The notes below the pieces were generated by a model. That model saw only the letters and a program-made list of their open reading frames with translations, was not told where the DNA came from and did no database searches. Shown piece after piece: positions 51,515-61,952 of a stretch of DNA of 64,000 nucleotides. The position numbers were made by a program, and so were the translations under genes. Numbering within the stretch: position 1 is the first letter of the stretch; each line of letters starts with the position of its first letter. Source of the DNA: Chlorokybus atmophyticus (lineage: Eukaryota > Plantae > Mesostigma and Chlorokybus algae); assembly GCA_009103225.1 (NCBI GenBank), contig RHPI01003369.1:783822-847821 (forward strand). Reading direction: 5' to 3'.

Positions 51515-52024
51515 TGTAACAGTTGGGGCCCAAACACTAGGCTATGGTAGTAAAAGACACTACCATGAGTTAGGTTTGTCACAATTTATCCTAATTCGTG
51601 ACATTCCTCCCCAATTCAACCCATGAGTTCCCCATAATTCAATGAGGCAGTAGCCCACGTCGCCGTGTTCGCGACCGTACCACGATCGGTCTGCCCGCGG
51701 CCTGTTGGATCCGGCTCATGAACGGTCCTGACCGACCGACTGAACGGGCATCCTCACCGCGCGACCTGCCATCGCAGCGCGACCGCTCACACGGCCTTAG
51801 GTTGAACTGGCTCGGCGTGCAGGTCGTGATCCCGCCCCCATCATAAGGCAAGCCGCCCCAAATGTTTTTGTTTTTGCTGAATCTGCCTCAGTCCCCTACG
51901 GGAATAACACCAAAGACGTCAAGCTCCGTTACCATTGTAACAATTGGGGCCCGACCCCTAGACTATGGTAGTAAAAGACACTACCATGAGTAAGGTCTGT
52001 CACAATTTATCCTAATTCGTGACA
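51515..52024 (-). mobile_element. TRIM family B (non-autonomous miniature LTR retrotransposon), LTRs 51515-51603 and 51936-52024 (89 bp)
   Basis: Two near-identical TG...CA repeats. On the minus strand, PBS-like TGGTAACGGAGC lies 1 nt from the 5' LTR and purine tract TTGGGGAGGAA precedes the 3' LTR. No ORF; no TSD found. Confidence 0.8.
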
Positions 52025-52026
52025 CA

Positions 52027-52477
52027 TTCCCCCCCACTTAAGAACGCTGACGTCCTAGGCAGCTGGCTCCCATCAGCTGGCTCCCATCATCTCAGGGGTC
52101 TGATTAAGGTCGGTCACCAGCCCCACCACCCAAGGACCGGCCAACTTAAGCCCATACCGGTCAACGCGCGCATAGCGCACCGCTGCCGGCCCCACAGGTC
52201 GCATCGCGACAGGCAGGTCGCGTCCTGCCGCGCCGACTGAACTGGACAGTATGACGCGACTGCCATTAGGCAAGTCGCGACCTATCGATGATGGCACTTA
52301 TGAAGTAATCATTTACGATGCTATTGGATCGAGAAACACCGACCGCGGAATTCGTGTGCAAGGCAGGAATCGAACCTAGGTCTCAAGCTCCGATACCAAT
52401 GTCACAGCCCACTCGACCACAAAAAACTTGGTGCTTTATGGTCGATTTGTGGTAATTTAATGTACCTTCCCGTTACA
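52027..52477 (-). mobile_element. TRIM family A, partial/chimeric copy (5' LTR 52400-52477; 3' LTR replaced by the TRIM-B LTR)
   Basis: LTR, PBS (TGGTATCGGAGC), internal region and PPT (AAGTGGGGGGGAA) are homologous to the complete copies. The PPT abuts CA plus the family B LTR. Confidence 0.85.
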
Positions 52478-55400
52478 TCTGGCCTTTGCCCTTGCCCATC
52501 TTTTGAGACGCAGAGGCCTTAAGCTCAGGGTGCAGCTGCCAACAACGATCTGCAGTGTGATCAGGCTTCCTGCAAGAAGCACAAGTCACCTTTGGCTTAT
52601 CGAAGCGAGACCTTTTGGACCGCTGAGGTGCTCCACTGTTTGCCGTTCGTGTGCTCTTTCTTCTTCTGCACTGACACTGCAGCTGTATCCTCAGGATGAG
52701 TTGCTTTGGTAGATTGCAAAGAGTGGTTCAGACTGATGACAGCCTTGATGTACTCATCGAAATTCTCAGGCCCCCACACAGTGTTGTCCCCTCTGAGCTG
52801 CAAGCTGGTGACGAGATCCTTGCGTAATCCACCACGAGGAGCGCATCTGTGCAGCCGCATCATACGAAAGTGGTTCCTGGTTGACTTCATCAATCAACAG
52901 GCGCCACTTATCACAGCCCACTCGACCACAAAAGGCTTGGTGCTTTTATGGTCGATTTGTGGTAATTTAATGTGCCTTCCCGTTACATTCCCCCCCACTT
53001 AAGAACGCTGACGTCCTCGGCAGCTGGCGCTCTCATCAGCTGGGGAATTTTCTTCCCAGGGGTCTGATTTAGGGTCGGTCACCGGCCCCACCATCAAAGG
53101 ACCGGCTAATTTAGGCCCATACCGGTCAACGCGCGCATAGCGCGCCGCTGCCGGCCCCACAGGTCGCGTCGCCGCGATAGGCAGGTCGCGCCCTGCCGCG
53201 CCGACTGAACTGGTCAGTTCGGCGCGACTGCCATTAGGCAAGTCGCGACCCATTGATGATGGCACTCATAAAATGACCATTTACGATGTTATTGGATCGA
53301 GAAACAACGACCGCGGAATTCGTGTGCAAGGCAAGAATCGAACCCGGGTCTCAAGCTCCGATACCAATGTCACAGCCCACTCGACCACAAAAGACTTGGT
53401 GTTTTTATGGTCGATTTGTGGTAATTTAATGTGCCTTCCCGTTACACCACTTGCGCGCATACACATCAGCACTCTTGTTGCCCATTCGAAGTTGGGCCAA
53501 CTTCTCATCTGCTTCCACCCAAGGCGCAACACTCTGGTAGTGACTGCGCATGTAGTCCAGCAATGCTTGCATGGTACTGGCAAACATGCCCTTGTCATGC
53601 TGCATCTGCACCTCAGCAGGTGCCAAATTGCGAACAATGTTAAACTTGTCCTCCTCTGACATGTTATTGGCTAAGGCCAACCAGTTGTTGATGGACACGA
53701 TCCACTTCTTAACAGCAGTCTTCCTGTCAGTGGGATTAAACTTGGATGGCTTGACCAATGCCATCTTGGCACTGGCAGACATACTGCTTGTGGCGGGTGC
53801 AGAGCGCAAGGCCGTCACTTGCCGAGACAGATTAGAGATCAATAACTCTGCATTCTTCAATCTTGAAGTAACGCCTCGCGCCAGCGCTTCCTGATGGCGA
53901 CAATAATCTGCCAAAGATCGGAATGCGCAACGCGCGCCATTAAAAGCAGCGTTCAATACGCGCAGTAAATTCTGAATGAGTTTATCATTGATCTCAGTGG
54001 GTTGCAACACAAAAGGTTGGCTCTGTTGAGCTCCCTCTGAAGTGGTGCGAGTAGCTGCTAGTGCAGGTTGTTGATGTGTAGTTTTCCCCCAGGCTTATTG
54101 ACATAAACATACACAATCTGAACAGGGTCTGCAGGCAACTCTAATGGGGTTGCCCCCAGTTCAACATCTTTCAACCGCTTCTCTACATCAAGTATAAGGC
54201 GCTGCTGCCTAGCGGGTTCAAGTTTGTCAAACTGTTCACTAGCAAGACGGTGCCTTCGAACATCACCTGCAAAACGCTTCACCTCCCCCACAGAGTAGGG
54301 TTGACTGCAGAGAAAGCGTTCTTGCTTGGTGAGCTCAAGGAGAATGGCCCTGTCAATCTCACTCTGTGGGTCAACTATATCCTCCCTTTGCCCCTCTACT
54401 TGCGTAACGGTAAGCGGGGGATTTTCAGTGCCCTGAGATGTCTTTTTTGACTTGCCTTTTGCCATGTCTGAACACAGCAGTATAGCTTGTAAGAACGAAG
54501 CTGTGTAAGCCAAAGAGTTGTGCAAGCAAAGCTTGCAACAACAACCAACAACAAGTCTTATGCCTGGGGCTGCTCGTGTTTAAATTAAGTGTAATGCCAT
54601 TAAAAAAACGGTGTTAACGTGTGAGTGAGTGCTGTCACCTATTGATGCAAAGCAAAGCAACTTAATGATTAAGTGCTTTACTGCAGCGCAGAGGAATATC
54701 CGAGAGGCTCCCTCGATTAATTAAGGGATTATCTCGAGAAGCTCTTTTTGCCAATAATTGTGCACAATTACGCACACAATGCACGTGAGCTAGCAAACAC
54801 TCACGCACATCCACCTCTCCACAAGGAAGAGGGGCCAGATTAGCACAAAACAACCTATCCAAGCTAATTATTTACTTGTTTAGGTTGAAAGTCTGGCTGG
54901 TCGCGGCGACTTGCCAGGCTTTGGTTGCCGCTGGCCTGGCGGCGGTCGACCGCTCGGGGCAGGAACTGACGCGCGCGGCAGTCAGTCCGGCGGCCGATAC
55001 GATGGTACCTGCTGCGACGCAGGTTGCGTCGCGGGAGGTTGCGCAGTAGGCTGCGCGGTAGGTGGCTTGGCAGGCTTCTGGCCTGGATGATGTGAACGGC
55101 GGCGCTGCTAGCGGCCTGGTGGCTTGCTGGCGGCGTCGCTCTACCACAATAATCACAATAAGGCCCATCAGGAGGACCTTGCTCCGACACCAAATGTAAA
55201 GGGAGAAATGCCAACTCCCCCTTTAATCCTCTACCCCAACACCCACGCCAACGACCGTACCCATGCCGCCGCCCTGACTGTCGTGTCAAGAACCCCCGTT
55301 CCCCCACTCACTATCAGCCATAGCTTTGACCTGTTTGGTTGATATCAATTAATTAGGGTAAGAATCACGGATATCACCCGTTGCGGTTATAACTTAAATA

Positions 55401-55582
55401 AGACTCATATAAGGGTATTAATCAAGCATAGAGCGAGGAATAAATGGAGCTTGGCATATAATTAACTAATTAAAGTTATATATAAAATCATGTTAAGGTG
55501 AAAACCTTAACAAATAAGGGAAAAGCCCTTGATAAAGGGTTCCGCGTACCTTGGTGCGGAAAGCTGTAAACCAGTGGTGACA
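52478..55582 (-). mobile_element. Truncated gag-encoding LTR retrotransposon (Ty3/gypsy-like gag; pol and 3' LTR absent)
   Basis: Putative 5' LTR ~55195-55582 (TGTCAC...TTTACA), then PBS TGGTGTCGGAGC at 55181-55192. Frameshifted gag from MAKGKSKK (~54465) through KPSKF...WIVSI...EADEKLAQLRMGNKSADVYARKW (retrotransposon gag domain) to the zinc knuckle CASCRKPDHTADRCWQLHPEL (~52540-52585). The right LTR boundary is tentative. Confidence 0.8.
52909..53446 (-). mobile_element. TRIM family A, complete copy (538 bp) inserted in gag, TSD CCACT
   Basis: 79-bp LTRs 52909-52987 and 53368-53446 differ at 3 positions. PBS and PPT present. CCACT occurs at both 52904-52908 and 53447-53451, and removing the element rejoins the gag frame (YARKW-RLLIDEV). 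Confidence 0.95.
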
Positions 55583-55758
55583 CTCGAGGAACCGCGAAAT
55601 TTGATTGGTTTTTTCGCGGTTCTACGCCAAGTATTAACCCTGGTTCGCGGCTGTTACCACCCGCTATTGCCTCCTGAAGCGGACGTCCACACCAAATATG
55701 GTTTTGTGCTATTGCTGCGGTGTAGGAACTTCCTGCCACGAGAATGCACTGCAGTCAA

Positions 55759-56285
55759 TGTCACAGCCCACTCGACCACAAAAGACTTGGTGCTTTTATG
55801 GTCGATTTGTTTAATTTTAATGTGCCTTCCCGTTACATTCCCCCCCACTTAAGAACGCTGACGTCCTCGGCAGCTGCCCGCTCAGCTGGGGAATTACCCA
55901 AGGGGTTTGTTAGGGTCGGTCACCGGCCCCACAGCCAAGGACCGGCCAATTTAGGCCCATACCGGTCAGCGCGCATAGCGCGCCGCTGCCGGCCCCACAG
56001 GTCGCGTCGCCGCGATAGGCAGGTCGCGCCCTGCCGCGCCGTCTGAACTGGTCAGTTTGGCGCGACTGCCATTAGGCAAGTCGCGGCCCATCGATGATGG
56101 CACTCATAAAGTGACCATTTACGATGTTATTGGATCGAGAAACTACGACGGCGGAATTCGTGTGCAAGGCAGGAATCGAACCCGGGTCTCAAGCTCCGAT
56201 GACCAATGTCACAGCCCACTCGACCACAAAAGACTTGGTACTTTTATGGTCGATTTGTGGTAATCTGATGTACCTTCCCGTTACA
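55759..56285 (-). mobile_element. TRIM family A, complete copy (527 bp), TSD GTCAA
   Basis: 79-bp LTRs 55759-55837 and 56207-56285; PBS with a 1-nt insertion; PPT present. GTCAA occurs at both 55754-55758 and 56286-56290. Confidence 0.95.
56172..56226 (-). promoter_or_regulatory. Putative type-2 (tRNA-like) RNA polymerase III promoter: A box TGGTCGAGTGG (56216-56226) + B box GGTTCGATTCC (56172-56182); also at 53334-53387 and 52366-52419
   Basis: The A box fits TGGNNNAGTGG and the B box fits GGTTCGANTCC (GGTTCGATTCT in one copy). Spacing is 32, 32 and 33 nt, as in tRNA genes without introns or long variable arms. Function is inferred. Confidence 0.65.
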
Positions 56286-57339
56286 GTCAACCCCCGTTAA
56301 AAGACTTCGGTTTAAGATAATAACCCCGTTAAGATCATAGAATTGCAAAAGACCGACGACAGGCAAATATCATCGGTTGGAGGAATAGTCTTGTACGTAA
56401 CAAGAGTAAAGCGAAGGCTTAAACTTTTGAGTGGGCTCTGTCTTGTAACGGAGGAAGATCTCGTTAATGGCATGCCTATTCCATTTTTGTTAGCATTAAC
56501 ATGTTACAAAACTCATATATAATTTCGATTATAATATAATCGTTGATGACCATTTCTCGATTTTGTTTATACCACGCTGACATGTGATGATGTGGCTTAC
56601 GGTCATTACGCATTACCCCTGGTAGTGGAATATACATTTGTTAAACAATAAGAGAATACATATTTTTATAAGCGCCAAGAGAATAACCCCGTTAGTGCAA
56701 TGAAAAGCTGAAAGATAAACATGACCCTTTTTTTGGGGGTAACCTGTACATGCAACACGGCTGAAAGGCAGACTGACATTGTTGCAACTAGCCTGCCCGC
56801 CGCTCATATTGCACCCACACCACGTGTACGTCCGCAGGCGCATCCGTTGCGGCTGCCGCTGGTGTTTGCGTAATGGGCCTTGTATTCTGGCGTAACGTTT
56901 AGGCTTACATAGAATACGTCAACGCCGCGCAAATCTCGCTGCGCAGATTCAACGCCGCTCGTGCAGCGGTGGCGGCGGCGGAGGTGAAGAAGAAGGCGGC
57001 GGCCAGGGCGGAAAGGGTTTGCGCTACTTCTGCGGCTGATGACATCACAAGAGAGAGGTTTGCTCGCCACTGCGCTTGCACACAGCAACGCCGCTACTAC
57101 GGTAAAAGGTACCGTCAAGCCACCTCGCTAGTGCTGCGTCATGAGACTCTGCTTTCGTCATTGCGGAAAAAAGCCTGTGCATGCCAACACAATCTGCTAG
57201 CTCACATGATTGACACACCCATGCACGCAACCACACTCACCACGTCACCGGTCTGACATGAACAATGTCCGCAGAATCGTGACATCAACAACGTGTACAT
57301 ACACCACTGAGCTTGACCCATGATCTGCAGATTGGGCGT

Positions 57340-59668
57340 ATGCAGATGCCGGCAGAGGTTGAAGGAGAAGGGAGACTGTTTCACCTGACTGACGATGACA
57401 TGCTTCACGATCGTTACAAATACTACAATGTGACATATGTTCGCTCACAATCCGGGTTGCGTACAGAGCCGAAGTACCAGCTGTTTCCAGAGCTCAAGGC
57501 CATGCATGCTTGGTTACAAGCTGACATGTGCCTCTACCTCACGCCAAACGCTGCTGATAGGTTCCTGGATTTGTTAAAGTACTTTGGCAAGGTGAGTTCT
57601 CACCTGGTTTTCTAGACAAACACCGCCTCCTGGAAGCTTCAGGTCGTTGTTGTTGTTGTTATTGTCGTGGTGGTGGTGGTGATAGTGGTGCAGCAACATC
57701 GTCGTTGTTATTGTTCCTGCGTGCCGACATCTGATCATTATCTTGTGACACTACGGCAGGCGCCACCTGATCTTAATCGCACGCAAGACAGATACCGCGC
57801 AGATTTCTGCGCCTGGAATGAGCATCACGCAGTGTACCCGAAAGACTTGAAACTCTTGTCATACCCACCCGCTCAGGTACCTCTGCATACAAATACTATG
57901 CCGGCAACGCAAGTCTGTGAGGCGCGCTCACCAGTTTAAACGTAAGCACCCAACAATGGCTGCCGGCAGGAGAGTCATCGTGCTGACGGGCCATCAGCCT
58001 CAGGAAACGGAGCAGAACCGGTATGCTAGCAGGCAAACCTGTATATGCCTTTGCTCGCAGTGTGCATGACTTACATATGTGTCGGTTGCAGCACAGTACC
58101 AGAAATGGTGATAACGTTGCAAGAAGTCCAAGAACAGCGGCTACAGAAAAGCCCGGCACATCAGAGTGTACACCAACACTGCAGGTATGCACGCAGATGT
58201 TCATAAGTGTGTTCATTGCAAGTTGTTTTTCTTACGCTTGGCTATTGCAGGAACGCATTGGAGAAGAAGCTGAGAAGCAGAGGAAGCAATTGCAGCAGCT
58301 GGTGGCATCGCAAGCCAATGTGAGGAAACAGCTGGAGGAGCTTGCTGCTTTGAAACAAAAGCAGCTGCTCTCCCTTGAGGAAAGGCAGCGCCAGCTGCTG
58401 GTAGAGCAGGAGAAGCTCGACAAGGACTATCTGGCGAAGAAAGAGCAGCTTGAGCAGGAGAAGGCGGCGCTGCAGGGACGCAGACAACAGGTTGATCTTC
58501 AGCTCAGCGAGTTGTTCGGGGTTGAATCACCAGCACAGCAGGTCTTATGGAAGTTACTGCCATCGACCCTGCCTTGCTGCATCACAGCACGTATTGCTGT
58601 TGACGTCTACTTTAACACCAAGTGCTAAGCTTGATGTTGTTGTGGTCAGGTTCATGTCGACGAAGACGAAAGCGATAGCTCTCAGCAAGTAAGGCGCTTT
58701 ATCCCCGATCACCTCATTGGCTCTATTGCTGCTCTTTCCCAGCGCTGAGCTTTACACCCTACTACAGGCGGACAGCAACATCGCTGGTGGTGCTGAAGTG
58801 CACGAAGATGACGTCGGTCATCGAGATGCCGTGAGCATAGCTTCTGACTCAGAAGAAGATGTGCCACTCAAATGCCGCAGACGTTCGCGAGCAGACATCA
58901 TCAACTCGCACAACAAGGTTTCGCCGGATCCGGCGGAGCGTCATTCTCCAAAAAGCCAGAAGAGAGGACCACCTGCTGCGCCATGCTCGGCAAGCAACTC
59001 GCATAACGACAACACCCCAAGCGCAGCGTTTCACATACCTTCGCCGAAGAAGCCGCGCATTGTTCGCCAGTCTTACGCGGCAAAGCGTTTCGCTGAGCGC
59101 GTGCCAGACAACCGCGGCAGCAGTTTCTTTTTCCGCAAGCTTGGGCTCGACAAGTGCACGGTCCTGTCGAGGGCGAAAGACATGCGCGCAGACCCTCGCT
59201 CAAGCGGTGTCGTGCAGTGGCGCATGGACCTGTACTGGACTTACAACCCCTCTGCTCCGGCAGCAGAACGGTTCAATGAGAGCGACTATGCCGAGACCGA
59301 GGCATCATGGGAGATCATGCTGATTCAGAAGGGCGTCCTGCAGCTCAAAGACCTCCCTCAGGCAAGGCTGTTTGCCTTCCCTTGCGGACTGGATTGTTGG
59401 CTTTTGTTGTTTATAATGAGTCCGTTTTTCAGTGCATGCTGTTGGATGGCTTGTTCCGTCACTGCATGTTGTGCTTGGCCATCAACAGGCTAAGTATAGG
59501 GAGGAGTACTACTCGGTAGGCACAAAGGCAGTGAAGAAGGACATCAAGGGGTTTCAGGAGGTCCGGAGCAAGTATGCCCAGGCGCTCGGGGTATCCGCAT
59601 CCAAGCCACGTGAAAAAAACAAGTACAAAGACATTCCTCGCGCTGAGCTTTTTCCGCCCAAGCCTTGA
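57340..59668 (+). CDS. Family B gene copy B3 (apparently intact)
   Basis: Same seven-exon structure as B1, in phase: ..DRYKYYNVTY..FLDLLKYFGK | APPDLNRTQDRYRADFCAWNEHHAVY | ... SDSEEDVPLKCRRR ... WRMDLYWTYNP ... LKDLPQ |GC-AG| AKYREEYYSVG...PPKP*. Confidence 0.78.
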
Positions 59669-60908
59669 CTGCATCGCCTGCATTTGCGGATCAGCAGCGC
59701 TGAAGCGCATCCCATGGCGCTGACAGCGTCTTGCAAACAACACATGCATGCACGCTCTGTCCAGGACACACTTGCCTGCCGAGCTGGACAAGCTGCTCCT
59801 TGCGGCCTCCGGACAAGTACTGCTTTTGCAACAGAGGTGGCACGCCTATGCCAAAACGGGCACCGCATTTTCCTCTTATGCCAGGTGATGCGTGTGCGGA
59901 CGCGCTGACATGCGCATGCAAGCCCATGTGCGTGTGGTGGCACATATGTAGTGGTTAACCTTTGAACACATTCCCTGTGTGCTCCTGAACAACAAACACG
60001 CAGATGGTTCGCTATCTGGATACACTTGGAGGGACATGCTCAGGCACCAGGGAGTCAAGCGCCACAACGTTGATGGGCACAAGCAGCTCGGGTGGCAAAG
60101 CTGGTAGCAAAGCTTGTGTAGTGCATCTCACTGCCAAGTGCGGACACTGTCATCAACTATCTTCACAAACCATTCAATGGCTTGCAGGTGGGCCTGGCTA
60201 GTGTCATCATCGTGTTGGTATGTCTTGTTGCACTACGGTATGTGCGCCCTTTTGCGCACACCCAAGCGCGCGCTCACGGGCATGTACGCTCATGGCCATG
60301 CACAGGCATACGCAAACACGCACAACTGCCTTCCCGTGTGCCACATGTGTAACTGAGTTGAATTGTATCTGCAGCAACAGTTCCGGGGGAGGGCGGCATG
60401 CCAGGAAGGTCACAAATAATGTCGAGGGTGCGCACAGGATCACCACACGCCGGAAATGCCTAGCATCTCGTGTTCTCATTGTACATGCTTGTATGTAGTC
60501 AGTGATGACAAGCTTGCCACTACTTGCCACAGCATCCCATGCTCGGCAAGCCTTGACCTGTTGCCTGGCTATTCAACTGTTGCATAAGCAATAGTTCGTC
60601 TGTTTTCAGCAATGATGAACCTACTACTACTGTTGCAGTTTGAACCCACAGAGTTGAGCGACATGCATTGCTGCTGTGCCTTGTATGCATGCGTGCACAA
60701 GCAAGACTGCCATCCCAATCTTGCATGTGCTGCCAGAGCATTGCCAGGCAAGCACAACACACAGCACATGTCGCGGCGGCGTGACAGTTTGCCAAGCGGG
60801 GGTCAATCAGGGGGGAAAAAACACATGTCAAGTGCGAGTGACAGCCTCGAGACGATACATAACAACAGCCTTCAGCACCACCATGCGCTACATGTCTGTT
60901 ATGTGCTC

Positions 60909-61952
60909 TCAACTGCCTGTCTGCAAGATCGAAGCCATCTGAGCCAAGCGCTTTCTGAACTCGCTCGCTTCTTGCAGCTGCTTCTCCAAGGCATCTGCTC
61001 TCTGCTGTTGAGCAAGCACGCGCTGCTCCATCTCCTGCAACCTGTCATCCCTGTCTTTGAATTGAAGCTCCCTGATCATGAGCTGCGACCTCGCTTCGTT
61101 TAACTGCCTGTCTGCATCGGCCAATCGAGCATTCAACTCATGCACCTCCTTGTTGCAATTTTCCAGCCGCCTTAGCTGCCCTTCCACTCTGGCCAACTCG
61201 TTATTGACCAGAGAACGTGCGGAGCTGAAGGCGTCCAACACAGCCTGCAGCTCTCCCTCCCCTTCACCACTAGCTGTGTGCTGTGCTGGTTGATCATCAC
61301 TGGCAGAGACAGGAGCCCCAGCTGGGGTTTCGTGCACGCTATCAGGTACTTGGTTTGTTGCTGAGGGAAGAGGAGCTTCAGCTGCTTGCTCATCATGTAC
61401 ACAGTTGGCCTCTGCAGCATCTACGATTGGACTAGTGCGAGCGCGATGTATGTCAACAGCCTCGACAACATCCACCAGCTGGAACAAGTTGTTGCCGACG
61501 CGCACCATGATGGCGTGGCCGCTGTTGGATTTCTCCCTGTCCCCTGCCTGCACCAGCCAGTTGGTGCTGCTCATTGGCGCGTTGTCCTGGCGGTCGGGGA
61601 CCTTCACGGGATCCCGGGAGTAGAAGGACCTGATGCCCTTCTTTCGCGGTTTGCTGTAGAGGTAATCCCTGCTCATCCAGCCCTCTGCTTTGGTCTTCTT
61701 GTGCTGGATACACACGTATTTCGGTATGTTAGACACAAATTTGACCAGCTCCTTCGCTTTGGCGGCACGCCAGGATCTGCTGTGCAGCTCTGAGCTCTGT
61801 TGTTCGAGCTGCTCGCTGCCTCCATGCATTGAGTCTGCGTCCAGACGTCCCGCTTCATGTTGCTCGTGTTGATGCCTCACAAGTACACGCTGCTTCTTGT
61901 TCGGTGGCTCAGCGTGCAGCGGAGAGTGCTCGTGCACCTGCTCTTCAGGCAT
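60909..61952 (-). CDS. Family D gene: single coding exon, 347 aa; basic N-terminus, globular (possibly SAND-like) domain, linker, coiled coil
   Basis: Long ORF right after a TAG acceptor; PPNKKQR NLS-like motif; C-terminal heptads (ELARVEGQLRRLENCNKEVHELNARLADADRQL). The upstream GCCGCCGCCGCCCAC leader (~62970) resembles the family A 5' leaders. Confidence 0.72.
   Translation of the reverse strand: MPEEQVHEHSPLHAEPPNKKQRVLVRHQHEQHEAGRLDADSMHGGSEQLEQQSSELHSRSWRAAKAKELVKFVSNIPKYVCIQHKKTKAEGWMSRDYLYSKPRKKGIRSFYSRDPVKVPDRQDNAPMSSTNWLVQAGDREKSNSGHAIMVRVGNNLFQLVDVVEAVDIHRARTSPIVDAAEANCVHDEQAAEAPLPSATNQVPDSVHETPAGAPVSASDDQPAQHTASGEGEGELQAVLDAFSSARSLVNNELARVEGQLRRLENCNKEVHELNARLADADRQLNEARSQLMIRELQFKDRDDRLQEMEQRVLAQQQRADALEKQLQEASEFRKRLAQMASILQTGS

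Noticed and set aside
56165-56235. tRNA gene call for the A-box/B-box region
   Set aside because: No acceptor stem or anticodon arm can be formed and the T-stem is imperfect; it overlaps an LTR end and PBS, so it is treated as a promoter-like motif only.
51515-56290. CRISPR-like array or simple tandem repeat from the recurring 79-89 bp units
   Set aside because: Eukaryotic context; the intervening sequences are homologous to each other, and the repeats have TG...CA ends, PBS, PPT and TSDs, so they are LTRs.
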